A DNA stretch of 16,052 bases. Origin: a virus. Its lineage: Duplodnaviria > Heunggongvirae > Uroviricota > Caudoviricetes. Positions 8,005 to 16,004 of the stretch are shown one piece after another (the first letter of the stretch is position 1; every line of letters starts with the position of its first letter). The notes below the pieces were generated by a model. It saw only the letters and a list, made by a program, of their open reading frames with translations, made no database searches and was not told the DNA's origin. The DNA lies in the IMG/VR virus record IMGVR_UViG_3300045988_092011; one strand, given 5' to 3'. The translations under genes were made by a program, and so were the position numbers.

Positions 8005-8286
8005 ATGACAGCAGAAGAAAAAAGCGTCCTGTCGCTTTTCATGATTGGGGTGCTGATTGTTGTCGGCAAGGTGCTTGCCGGTGGTGAACCCATCACCCCG
8101 CGTCTGTTTATCGGGCGCATGTTGCTTGGTGGTTTTGTCTCGATGGTTGCCGGTGTTGTTCTGGTGCAGTTTCCTGACCTGTCACTGCCTGCGGTGTGCG
8201 GCATTGGCTCCATGCTGGGTATCGCCGGTTATCAGGTGATTGAGATTGCCATTCAGCGCCGCTTTAAGGGCAGGGGGAAACCGTAA
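8005..8286 (+). CDS. Y: holin (P2 gpY-like)
   Basis: 93 aa with hydrophobic membrane-spanning segments and a charged C-terminus; GGGAG upstream; first gene of the lysis cassette. Confidence 0.9.
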   Translation: MTAEEKSVLSLFMIGVLIVVGKVLAGGEPITPRLFIGRMLLGGFVSMVAGVVLVQFPDLSLPAVCGIGSMLGIAGYQVIEIAIQRRFKGRGKP

Positions 8287-8783
8287 TGCCGGTAATTAAC
8301 ACACATCAGAATATCGCCGCCTTTCTCGACATGCTGGCCGTGTCCGAAGGGACGGCGAATCATCCGCTGACGAAAAACCGGGGCTATGACGTGATAGTCA
8401 CCGGACTGGACGGGAAGCCGGAAATTTTCACCGACTACAGTGACCACCCGTTCGCGTATGGCCGACCGGCGAAGGTGTTTAACCGTCGCGGTGAAAAATC
8501 CACGGCCTCCGGTCGCTATCAGCAGCTTTACCTGTTCTGGCCGCATTACCGCAAACAGCTTGCCCTGCCGGATTTCAGTCCGTTGTCACAGGACAGACTC
8601 GCCATTCAGTTGATCCGCGAACGCGGTGCACTGGATGACATCCGGGAGGGACGCATTGAGCGCGCCATTTCACGCTGTCGCAATATCTGGGCGTCCCTGC
8701 CGGGTGCCGGTTACGGTCAGCGTGAGCATTCACTGGAAAAACTGGTCACCGTCTGGCGTACCGCTGGCGGCGTACCGGCTTAA
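8286..8783 (+). CDS. K: endolysin / lysozyme (P2 gpK-like)
   Basis: 165 aa; its ATG overlaps the Y stop (TAATG); position and length match P2 K. Confidence 0.92.
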   Translation: MPVINTHQNIAAFLDMLAVSEGTANHPLTKNRGYDVIVTGLDGKPEIFTDYSDHPFAYGRPAKVFNRRGEKSTASGRYQQLYLFWPHYRKQLALPDFSPLSQDRLAIQLIRERGALDDIREGRIERAISRCRNIWASLPGAGYGQREHSLEKLVTVWRTAGGVPA

Positions 8784-8797
8784 ACGGAGTAAACACC

Positions 8798-9223
8798 ATG
8801 AAGAAATTATCCCTTTCACTGATGCTGAACGTGTCGCTGGCGCTGATGCTGGCACTGTCCCTGATTTACCCGCAGAGCGTGGCCGTCAGTTTTGTCGCTG
8901 CCTGGGCGATTCTGGTGACGGTTATCTGTGTGGTTGCCGGTGGTGTCGGCGTGTATGCCACTGAGTATGTGCTGGAACGCTACGGGCGGGAGCTGCCGCC
9001 GGAATCGCTGGCCGTGAAGATTGTCACGTCGCTGTTTTTGCAGCCGGTGCCGTGGCGCAGACGGGCGGCGGCTCTGGTAGTGGTGGTGGCGACGTTTATC
9101 TCGCTGGTCGCTGCCGGGTGGATTTTTACCGCGCTGATTTATCTTGTGGTGTCGCTGTTTTTCCGGCTGATACGTAAAGCCTGTCGTCAGCGTCTTGAGG
9201 GGCGGGAACTATGTCAAAGCTGA
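8798..9223 (+). CDS. lysA: lysis regulatory membrane protein LysA
   Basis: 141 aa, strongly hydrophobic with several predicted transmembrane segments; ACGGAG 8 nt upstream; matches P2 lysA in position and length. Confidence 0.8.
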   Translation: MKKLSLSLMLNVSLALMLALSLIYPQSVAVSFVAAWAILVTVICVVAGGVGVYATEYVLERYGRELPPESLAVKIVTSLFLQPVPWRRRAAALVVVVATFISLVAAGWIFTALIYLVVSLFFRLIRKACRQRLEGRELCQS

Positions 9224-9636
9224 TGATTGTGCTGGTCGTGTTGCTATCGCTGGCGGTGGCCGGTCTGTTTCTGGCGAAGCATGAAAACGCCAGGCTGCGC
9301 GTCTCGCTGGACAGGGCGAACAATGTCGCCAGCGGGCAGCAGACGACCATCACCATGCTGAAAAATCAGCTTCATGTTGCGCTCACCAGGGCAGACAAAA
9401 ACGAGCTGGCGCAGGTGGCACTGCGTCAGGAACTGGAGAACGCCGCGAAGCGTGAAGCACAGCGCGAGAAAACCATCACGAGGTTACTTAATGAAAACGA
9501 AGATTTTCGCCGCTGGTACGGTGCTGACCTGCCTGATGCTGTGCGCCGGTTGCACCAGCGCCCCGCCTGCACCGACGCCAGTGATTGTCGCCAACGCCTG
9601 CCCGAAAGTGAGTCTTTGCCCGATGCCGGGCAGTGA
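9211..9636 (+). CDS. lysB: LysB, Rz-like inner-membrane spanin
   Basis: 141 aa, N-terminal membrane anchor (MSKLMIVLVVLLSLAVAGLF) followed by a charged helical periplasmic region; overlaps the lysA 3' end. Confidence 0.8.
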   Translation: MSKLMIVLVVLLSLAVAGLFLAKHENARLRVSLDRANNVASGQQTTITMLKNQLHVALTRADKNELAQVALRQELENAAKREAQREKTITRLLNENEDFRRWYGADLPDAVRRLHQRPACTDASDCRQRLPESESLPDAGQ

Positions 9637-9781
9637 CCCGGAGACGAACGGCGATTTAAGTGCCGATATCCGGCAGCTTGAGAACGCGCTGGCACGCTGT
9701 GCCAGCCAGGTAAAAATGATTAAACACTGTCAGGACGAAAACGATGCTCAAACCCGACAGCCTGCGCAGGGCGCTGACTGA
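9491..9781 (+). CDS. lysC: LysC, Rz1-like outer-membrane lipoprotein spanin, embedded in the +1 frame of lysB
   Basis: 96-aa product MKTKIFAAGTVLTCLMLCAGCTSAPPAPTP with a signal peptide, lipobox-like Cys and a Pro-rich region; GAGG 8 nt upstream; starts inside lysB and runs past its stop into R. Confidence 0.75.
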   Translation: MKTKIFAAGTVLTCLMLCAGCTSAPPAPTPVIVANACPKVSLCPMPGSDPETNGDLSADIRQLENALARCASQVKMIKHCQDENDAQTRQPAQGAD

Positions 9782-10211
9782 TGCCGTCACGGTGCTGAAA
9801 ACCAGTCCAGAGATGCTTCGGATATTCGTGGATAACGGGAGTATTGCCTCCACGCTGGCGACGTCGCTGTCGTTCGAAAAGCGTTACACGCTCAATGTGA
9901 TTGTGACCGACTTTACCGGTGATTTTGACCTGCTCATCGTGCCGGTGCTGGCGTGGCTGCGGGAAAATCAGCCCGACATCATGACCACCGACGAAGGTCA
10001 GAAAAAAGGTTTCACGTTTTATGCAGACATCAACAATGACAGCAGCTTTGATATCAGCATCAGCCTGATGCTGACCGAGCGCACGCTGGTCAGTGAGGTT
10101 GACGGCGCGCTGCATGTGAAGAATATCCCGGAACCTTCGCCGCCGGAGCCGGTTACCCGCCCGATGGAGCTGTATATCAATGGCGAACTGGTGAGCAAGT
10201 GGGATGAATGA
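9744..10211 (+). CDS. R: tail completion protein (P2 gpR-like)
   Basis: 155 aa; position and length match P2 R; overlaps the S start. Confidence 0.88.
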   Translation: MLKPDSLRRALTDAVTVLKTSPEMLRIFVDNGSIASTLATSLSFEKRYTLNVIVTDFTGDFDLLIVPVLAWLRENQPDIMTTDEGQKKGFTFYADINNDSSFDISISLMLTERTLVSEVDGALHVKNIPEPSPPEPVTRPMELYINGELVSKWDE

Positions 10212-10656
10212 GTTTAAGCGTTTTGAAGACCGGCTGACCGGACTTATTGAATCGCTGTCACCGTCAGGGCGTCGGCGACTGAGCGCCGAACTGGCGAAAC
10301 GTCTGCGGCAGAGTCAGCAGCGCCGGGTGATGGCACAGAAAGCCCCGGACGGCACACCCTACGCACCACGCCAGCAGCAGAGCGCCAGAAAAAAGACCGG
10401 TCGCGTTAAGCGAAAAATGTTTGCGAAACTTATCACCAGTCGTTTTTTGCATATCCGCGCCAGCCCTGAACAGGCATCAATGGAGTTTTACGGCGGGAAG
10501 TCACCGAAAATAGCCAGTGTGCATCAGTTCGGTCTGTCGGAAGAAACCCGGAAAGACGGTAAGAAAATTGATTATCCGGCGCGTCCTCTGCTCGGCTTTA
10601 CCGGTGAGGATGTGCAGATGATTGAAGAGATTATCCTGGCTCACCTCGACCGTTAG
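10204..10656 (+). CDS. S: tail completion protein (P2 gpS-like)
   Basis: 150 aa; position and length match P2 S. Confidence 0.88.
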   Translation: MNEFKRFEDRLTGLIESLSPSGRRRLSAELAKRLRQSQQRRVMAQKAPDGTPYAPRQQQSARKKTGRVKRKMFAKLITSRFLHIRASPEQASMEFYGGKSPKIASVHQFGLSEETRKDGKKIDYPARPLLGFTGEDVQMIEEIILAHLDR

Positions 10657-10722
10657 TTGTGCCATTCCCGACACCTCATCGTTACATTGCCGCCGGTATG
10701 ACCCGGCGGCATCCTTCCCGTT
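10657..10722 (+). promoter_or_regulatory. S-V intergenic region with a GC-rich hairpin; expected location of the late promoter for the V operon
   Basis: 66-bp gap containing a perfect 8-bp inverted repeat GCCGCCGG / CCGGCGGC (10689-10696 and 10703-10710, 6-nt loop) with no T-tract after it. P2 has a late promoter ahead of V, but no exact Ogr-site consensus was found. Confidence 0.35.
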
Positions 10723-11358
10723 ATGAACACTCTCGCAAATATCCAGGAACTCGCGCGCGCACTGCGCAACATGATCCGCACCGGCCTTGTCGTCGAAACC
10801 AACCTTAAAGCCGGTCGCTGCCGTGTGCAGACCGGCGGCATGTGCACCGACTGGCTTCAGTGGCTGACCTGTCGTGCCGGGCGTTCGCGCACATGGTGGG
10901 CACCTTCCGTGGGGGAGCAGGTGCTGATTCTGGCCGTGGGCGGTGAACTTGACACGGCGTTTGTTCTGCCGGGGATTTATTCCGGCGATAACCCCGCGCC
11001 GTCTGCGTCGGCGGATGCCCTGCATATCCGTTTCCCTGACGGGGCGGTGATTGAGTATGAACCCGAAACCAGTGCACTCACGGTAAGCGGAATTAAAACG
11101 GCCAGCGTGACGGCTTCTGATTCTGTTACTGCCACGGTGCCGGTGGTCATGGTGAAAGCATCAACCCGCATCACCCTGGACACACCGGAGGTGGTCTGCA
11201 CCAACAGGCTGATTACCGGCACGCTGGAAGTGCGGAAGGGCGGGACGATGCGCGGCAACATTGAACACACCGGCGGTGAACTCTCATCAAACGGTAAGGT
11301 ACTGCATACCCATAAACACCCCGGCGACAGCGGCGGCACAACCGGGAGCCCTCTATGA
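10723..11358 (+). CDS. V: baseplate spike / assembly protein (P2 gpV-like)
   Basis: 211 aa; position and length match P2 V. Confidence 0.9.
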   Translation: MNTLANIQELARALRNMIRTGLVVETNLKAGRCRVQTGGMCTDWLQWLTCRAGRSRTWWAPSVGEQVLILAVGGELDTAFVLPGIYSGDNPAPSASADALHIRFPDGAVIEYEPETSALTVSGIKTASVTASDSVTATVPVVMVKASTRITLDTPEVVCTNRLITGTLEVRKGGTMRGNIEHTGGELSSNGKVLHTHKHPGDSGGTTGSPL

Positions 11359-11702
11359 CAGCGCGTTATCTCGGAATGAATCGCAGTGATGGCCTGACTG
11401 TCACTGACCTTGAGCATATCAGCCAGAGTATCGGCGATATCCTGCGCACACCGGTCGGCTCACGGGTGATGCGTCGTGATTACGGCTCGTTGCTGGCGTC
11501 AATGATTGACCAGCCGCAGACCCCGGCGCTTGAGTTGCAGATTAAGGTCGCCTGTTACATGGCCGTGCTGAAATGGGAACCCCGCGTCACCCTGTCATCC
11601 GTCACCACGGCGCGCAGTTTTGACGGGCGAATGACGGTCACGTTAACCGGTCAGCACAACGACACCGGCCAGCCACTTTCGTTAACCATCCCTGTGAGTT
11701 GA
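11355..11702 (+). CDS. W: baseplate wedge protein (P2 gpW-like)
   Basis: 115 aa; its ATG overlaps the V stop (ATGA). Confidence 0.9.
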   Translation: MTARYLGMNRSDGLTVTDLEHISQSIGDILRTPVGSRVMRRDYGSLLASMIDQPQTPALELQIKVACYMAVLKWEPRVTLSSVTTARSFDGRMTVTLTGQHNDTGQPLSLTIPVS

Positions 11703-11706
11703 AACC

Positions 11707-12615
11707 ATGCCGATTATCGACCTGAACCAGCTACCCGCACCGGATGTGGTCGAGGAGCTGGACTTTGAAACCATTCTTGCCGAACGCAAGGCGACACTGA
11801 TTTCCCTTTACCCGGAAGACCAGCAGGAGGCGGTCGCCCGTACCCTGACGCTGGAATCTGAGCCTCTCGTCAAACTGCTGGAGGAAAATGCTTATCGTGA
11901 GCTTATCTGGCGTCAGCGTGTGAATGAGGCTGCACGGGCGGTGATGCTGGCCTGTGCCGCCGGTAATGACCTTGATGTGATTGGTGCCAATTACAACACC
12001 ACACGCCTGATTATCACCCCGGCAGATGATTCGACCCTCCCGCCGACACCGGCCGTGATGGAATCTGACACCGATTATCGTCTGCGTATTCAGCAGGCGT
12101 TTGAAGGTTTAAGCGTCGCCGGGTCGGTGGGGGCCTATCAGTATCATGGTCGAAGTGCCGACGGGCGTGTCGCAGATATCTCTGTCACCAGTCCTTCTCC
12201 GGCCTGCGTCACCATCTCTGTGCTGTCACGTGAAAATAACGGTGTGGCATCCGAAGACCTGCTGGCGGTGGTGCGCAACGCCCTTAATGGTGAGGACGTC
12301 AGACCGGTGGCCGACCGCGTGACCGTGCAGTCTGCCGCCATCGTTGAATACCAGATAAACGCCACGCTTTACCTTTACCCTGGCCCCGAAAGCGAACCCA
12401 TCCGCGCTGCTGCCGTGAAAAAACTGGAAGCGTACATCACGGCACAACACCGGCTGGGGCGTGACATCCGTCTGTCTGCCATTTATGCCGCTTTGCATGT
12501 GGAAGGCGTGCAGCGTGTCGAGCTGGCCGCACCACTGGCCGACATCGTGCTCAACAATACGCAGGCGTCTTTCTGTACCGAATACCGCGTCGTGACCGGA
12601 GGCTCGGATGAGTGA
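11707..12615 (+). CDS. J: baseplate protein (P2 gpJ-like)
   Basis: 302 aa; position and length match P2 J. Confidence 0.9.
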   Translation: MPIIDLNQLPAPDVVEELDFETILAERKATLISLYPEDQQEAVARTLTLESEPLVKLLEENAYRELIWRQRVNEAARAVMLACAAGNDLDVIGANYNTTRLIITPADDSTLPPTPAVMESDTDYRLRIQQAFEGLSVAGSVGAYQYHGRSADGRVADISVTSPSPACVTISVLSRENNGVASEDLLAVVRNALNGEDVRPVADRVTVQSAAIVEYQINATLYLYPGPESEPIRAAAVKKLEAYITAQHRLGRDIRLSAIYAALHVEGVQRVELAAPLADIVLNNTQASFCTEYRVVTGGSDE

Positions 12616-13138
12616 TTCGCGACTGCTGCCGACCGGCTCATCACCGCTTGAAGTTGCCGCCGCAAAAGCCTGTGCGGAAATTGAAAAGACACCGGTCAGG
12701 ATTCGTGAGCTGTGGAACCCGGACACCTGCCCGGCAAATCTGCTGCCGTGGCTGGCGTGGGCGTTTTCGGTCGACAGGTGGGATGAAAAGTGGCCGGAAG
12801 CGACAAAACGCGCCGTTATCCGCGATGCCTATTTCATCCACTGTCATAAAGGCACTATAGGTGCAATCCGGCGTGTGGTGGAGCCGCTGGGCTATCTCAT
12901 CAACGTGACGGAGTGGTGGGAAACCAGTGACCCGCCGGGCACCTTCCGGCTTGATATTGGTGTACTGGAAAGCGGCATCACAGAGGCAATGTATCAGGAA
13001 ATGGAACGGCTGATTGCTGATGCCAAACCTGCAAGCCGCCACCTTATTGGCCTGAACATTACCCGGGACATTCCCGGCTACTTGTTCGCCGGTGGTGTGG
13101 CTTATGACGGCGATGTAATTACGGTTTACCCAGGATAA
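12608..13138 (+). CDS. I: baseplate protein (P2 gpI-like)
   Basis: 176 aa; GGAGG upstream; overlaps the J 3' end by 8 nt. Confidence 0.9.
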   Translation: MSDSRLLPTGSSPLEVAAAKACAEIEKTPVRIRELWNPDTCPANLLPWLAWAFSVDRWDEKWPEATKRAVIRDAYFIHCHKGTIGAIRRVVEPLGYLINVTEWWETSDPPGTFRLDIGVLESGITEAMYQEMERLIADAKPASRHLIGLNITRDIPGYLFAGGVAYDGDVITVYPG

Positions 13139-13148
13139 GTGAGGAATA

Positions 13149-15398
13149 ATGAGCACAAAATTCAGAACCGTTATCACCACTGCCGGTGCAGCAAAGCTGG
13201 CAGCGGCAACCGCACCGGGAGGGCGGAAGGTCAACATTACCACGATGGCCGTCGGGGATGGCGGTGGTAAATTGCCTGTCCCGGATGCCGGACAGACCGG
13301 GCTTATCCATGAAGTCTGGCGACATGCGCTGAACAAAATCAGCCAGGACAAACGAAACAGTAATTATATTATCGCAGAGCTGGTTATTCCGCCGGAGGTG
13401 GGCGGTTTCTGGATGCGTGAGCTTGGCCTGTACGATGATGCGGGAACGTTAATTGCTGTGGCGAACATGGCCGAAAGTTATAAGCCTGCCCTTGCCGAAG
13501 GCTCAGGGCGTTCGCAGACCTGCCGCATGGTCATCATCGTCAGCAGTGTGGCCTCAGTGGAGCTGACCATTGACACCACAACGGTGATGGCGACGCAGGA
13601 TTACGTTGATGACAAAATTGCAGAGCACGAACAGTCACGACGTCACCCGGACGCCTCGCTGACCGCAAAAGGTTTTACTCAGTTAAGCAGTGCGACCAAC
13701 AGCACGTCTGAAACACTGGCCGCAACGCCGAAAGCGGTAAAGGCCGCTTATGATCTTGCTAACGGGAAATATACCGCGCAGGATGCCACCACAGCGCGAA
13801 AAGGCCTTGTCCAGCTCAGTAGCGCCACCAATAGCGATTCTGAAACGCTCGCCGCAACGCCGAAAGCGGTAAAGGCAGCATATGACCTTGCTAACGGGAA
13901 ATACACTGCACAGGACGCCACCACAACGCGAAAAGGCCTTGTTCAGCTCAGTAGCGCCACCAACAGCGATTCTGAAACGCTTGCGGCAACGCCAAAGGCG
14001 GTTAAGACAGCATATGACCTTGCTAACGGGAAATACACTGCACAGGATGCCACCACGGCGCGAAAAGGTCTTGTCCAGCTCAGTAGCGCCACCAACAGTG
14101 ATTCTGAAACGCAGGCTGCAACGCCAAAGGCGGTGAAGTCTGCCTATGACAATGCTGAAAAACGTCTTCAGAAAGATCAGAACGGTGCGGATATCCCTGA
14201 TAAAGAACGCTTCCTGAGTAACATTAATGTTTACAGCAAAGGTGAAGTGGATAAGAAAAAGGGAATGCGAAAGTATTCGTTTGCAGCCCCTGCAAATGTC
14301 GTTGCCGGGAAGTGGTACCCCGTTATCTTTCGCCGTGCTGCCAGCTTTTCAGGAGAAATGGCATCCCGCGTTGTTATTTCCACTGGTTGTTATAACGGCG
14401 ATTATGTAATGAATAACTGCGAGTTTAATGGCATGGTTATGCCCGGAGGCTGGACTGATCGTGGTTCATATGCGGCAGGTTATTTCTGGACGTATCAGAC
14501 TAATGAGCGTTCAATCCATTCCATTGTTACAAGCCTGAAAGATGATGATGTATGTAGTGTTTTTTATGTTGAAGCCAGAGCTTTCCCTGTACAAATTCTT
14601 GCAGAGGAAGGGCTAACGGTTATTGTTCCGACAGAGGATTATGTCGTCGGTCAAACGACATATAAGTGGGGGGCAACTAATCCCGCTACAGAAAGCACGA
14701 ACGCACAGGCTATTCTGGATTTTAAAAATGGGCGCGGTTATTACTGCTCACATCCATTTATTTCCAGCCTTTCAGGAAATGCTGCAACAGCAACGAAGTT
14801 AGCGAATGCAAGAAATATTAATGGTGTCAGATTTGATGGTTCTGCCGATATAAATATTAATACACTGGTATCCAGAAACCGTGTTACTGCATTAGGTGGG
14901 AGCTCAAAGGGTACACCAGGTATTCAGATGTATGAGGCATACAACAATGGCTACCCAACAGCCTATGGTAATGTGCTTCATCTCACTGGCGTAACTGCAG
15001 TAGGAGAGGGTGAGTTACTTATTGGCTGGAGTGGAACCAGCGGTGCTCATGCTCCGGCATATATTCGCTCCCGACGAGATACCACAGATGCTAACTGGTC
15101 TGGATGGGCGCAACTATATACAACTGCTCATAAACCCTCAGCGGGAGATGTTGGTGCATACACCAAAGCTGAGTCAGATTCACGTTATGTGAGAGACATG
15201 CGGCTGGGCGGTGCATCTACATATAAACCAGCAAATAATGGTATTACATGGACGCATCAGGCTCCGTCAGGTTGCGTATATACCGGCATTATTGTTCAGG
15301 ATACCGGCTCAAACTCTGCCGATAACATTGGTGGCGTATATTACAGACCGGTGCAGAAATACATTAACGGGACATGGTATAACGTGGCGCAGGTATAA
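13149..15398 (+). CDS. H: tail fibre protein (P2 gpH-like) with an internal tandem repeat array and a divergent AT-rich distal (receptor-binding) region
   Basis: 749 aa; GAGG upstream. N-terminus is P2 H-like, the middle carries 44-aa repeats, and the C-terminal region contains a GNAATATKLANARNINGVRFDGSADI motif that I recall from Mu S / lambda Stf-type side tail fibres. Confidence 0.92.
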   Translation: MSTKFRTVITTAGAAKLAAATAPGGRKVNITTMAVGDGGGKLPVPDAGQTGLIHEVWRHALNKISQDKRNSNYIIAELVIPPEVGGFWMRELGLYDDAGTLIAVANMAESYKPALAEGSGRSQTCRMVIIVSSVASVELTIDTTTVMATQDYVDDKIAEHEQSRRHPDASLTAKGFTQLSSATNSTSETLAATPKAVKAAYDLANGKYTAQDATTARKGLVQLSSATNSDSETLAATPKAVKAAYDLANGKYTAQDATTTRKGLVQLSSATNSDSETLAATPKAVKTAYDLANGKYTAQDATTARKGLVQLSSATNSDSETQAATPKAVKSAYDNAEKRLQKDQNGADIPDKERFLSNINVYSKGEVDKKKGMRKYSFAAPANVVAGKWYPVIFRRAASFSGEMASRVVISTGCYNGDYVMNNCEFNGMVMPGGWTDRGSYAAGYFWTYQTNERSIHSIVTSLKDDDVCSVFYVEARAFPVQILAEEGLTVIVPTEDYVVGQTTYKWGATNPATESTNAQAILDFKNGRGYYCSHPFISSLSGNAATATKLANARNINGVRFDGSADININTLVSRNRVTALGGSSKGTPGIQMYEAYNNGYPTAYGNVLHLTGVTAVGEGELLIGWSGTSGAHAPAYIRSRRDTTDANWSGWAQLYTTAHKPSAGDVGAYTKAESDSRYVRDMRLGGASTYKPANNGITWTHQAPSGCVYTGIIVQDTGSNSADNIGGVYYRPVQKYINGTWYNVAQV
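13668..14150 (+). repeat. in-frame tandem repeat, 132-bp unit (44 aa), about 3.7 copies inside H
   Basis: Copies at 13668-13799, 13800-13931, 13932-14063 and a partial copy 14064 to about 14150. Each encodes KGLVQLSSATNSDSETLAATPKAVKAAYDLANGKYTAQDATTAR with small variations. Copies 2 and 3 differ at about 11 of 132 nt, mostly synonymous. Confidence 0.9.
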
Positions 15399-15401
15399 TT
15401 T

Positions 15402-15929
15402 ATGCAGCATTTAAAAAATATTACGGCGGGTAATCCAAAAACGGTTGAACAATATCAATTGACAAAGGACTTTGATGTTGTCTGGTTTTTTTCAGAAGAT
15501 GGTAAGAACTGGTACGAAGAACAAAAGTATTTTGCTGATGACACGATAAAAATAGCGTACGACAAAGATAATATTATCCGCTATGTGGAAAAGGATGTGA
15601 CAGCTATAAGACCGGATGGATTAAGTGTGGTTGAAGTGGCGGATATTACTGCTAACCGACGGGCGGACATTTCAGGGAACTGGATGTTTAAGGATGGCAA
15701 AGTGATTAAACGCATTTATACGGCAGAGGAATTGCAGCAGCAGGCAGAAAACCGGAAAGCCAGACTTCTTGCAGATGCTGAATCCGTGATTTTGCCGCTG
15801 GAGCGCGCTGTCAGGTTGAACATGGCAACAGAGGAGGAGCGCACACGGCTGGAGGCTTGGGAACGCTACAGCGTTGTGGTCAGTCGTGTGGATCCTGCAA
15901 ATCCTGAATGGCCGGAAATGCCGCAATAA
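15402..15929 (+). CDS. G: tail fibre assembly chaperone (P2 gpG-like, Tfa family)
   Basis: 175 aa immediately downstream of H; AT-rich 5' two-thirds and a more GC-rich 3' third; length matches P2 G. Confidence 0.88.
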   Translation: MQHLKNITAGNPKTVEQYQLTKDFDVVWFFSEDGKNWYEEQKYFADDTIKIAYDKDNIIRYVEKDVTAIRPDGLSVVEVADITANRRADISGNWMFKDGKVIKRIYTAEELQQQAENRKARLLADAESVILPLERAVRLNMATEEERTRLEAWERYSVVVSRVDPANPEWPEMPQ

Positions 15930-15964
15930 GTTGTATGAACTCTGGTGTGAGCTTACATATCTAT

Positions 15965-16004
15965 GGCACAGAGTAAAGCCTAATCTGACAGTCCGCTCTG
16001 TGCC
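15965..16004. other. 9-bp inverted repeat (GGCACAGAG ... CTCTGTGCC) with a 22-nt spacer, downstream of G
   Basis: Perfect 9-bp arms at 15965-15973 and 15996-16004; no T-tract follows, so it is not a classic intrinsic terminator. Function unknown. Confidence 0.3.

Noticed and set aside
12641-13351. 236-aa minus-strand ORF spanning the I/H junction
   Set aside because: Antisense to two conserved tail genes and crosses their intergenic RBS; a long chance ORF.
13882-14136. 84-aa plus-strand ORF with its own internal repeats
   Set aside because: Out-of-frame reading of the H tandem repeat array; the repetitiveness is inherited from the DNA repeats and is not evidence of a gene.
13668-14150. Possible CRISPR-like array suggested by regular repeats
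   Set aside because: Units are 132 bp, directly abutting with no spacers, and in frame within tail fibre gene H; this is a protein-coding tandem repeat.
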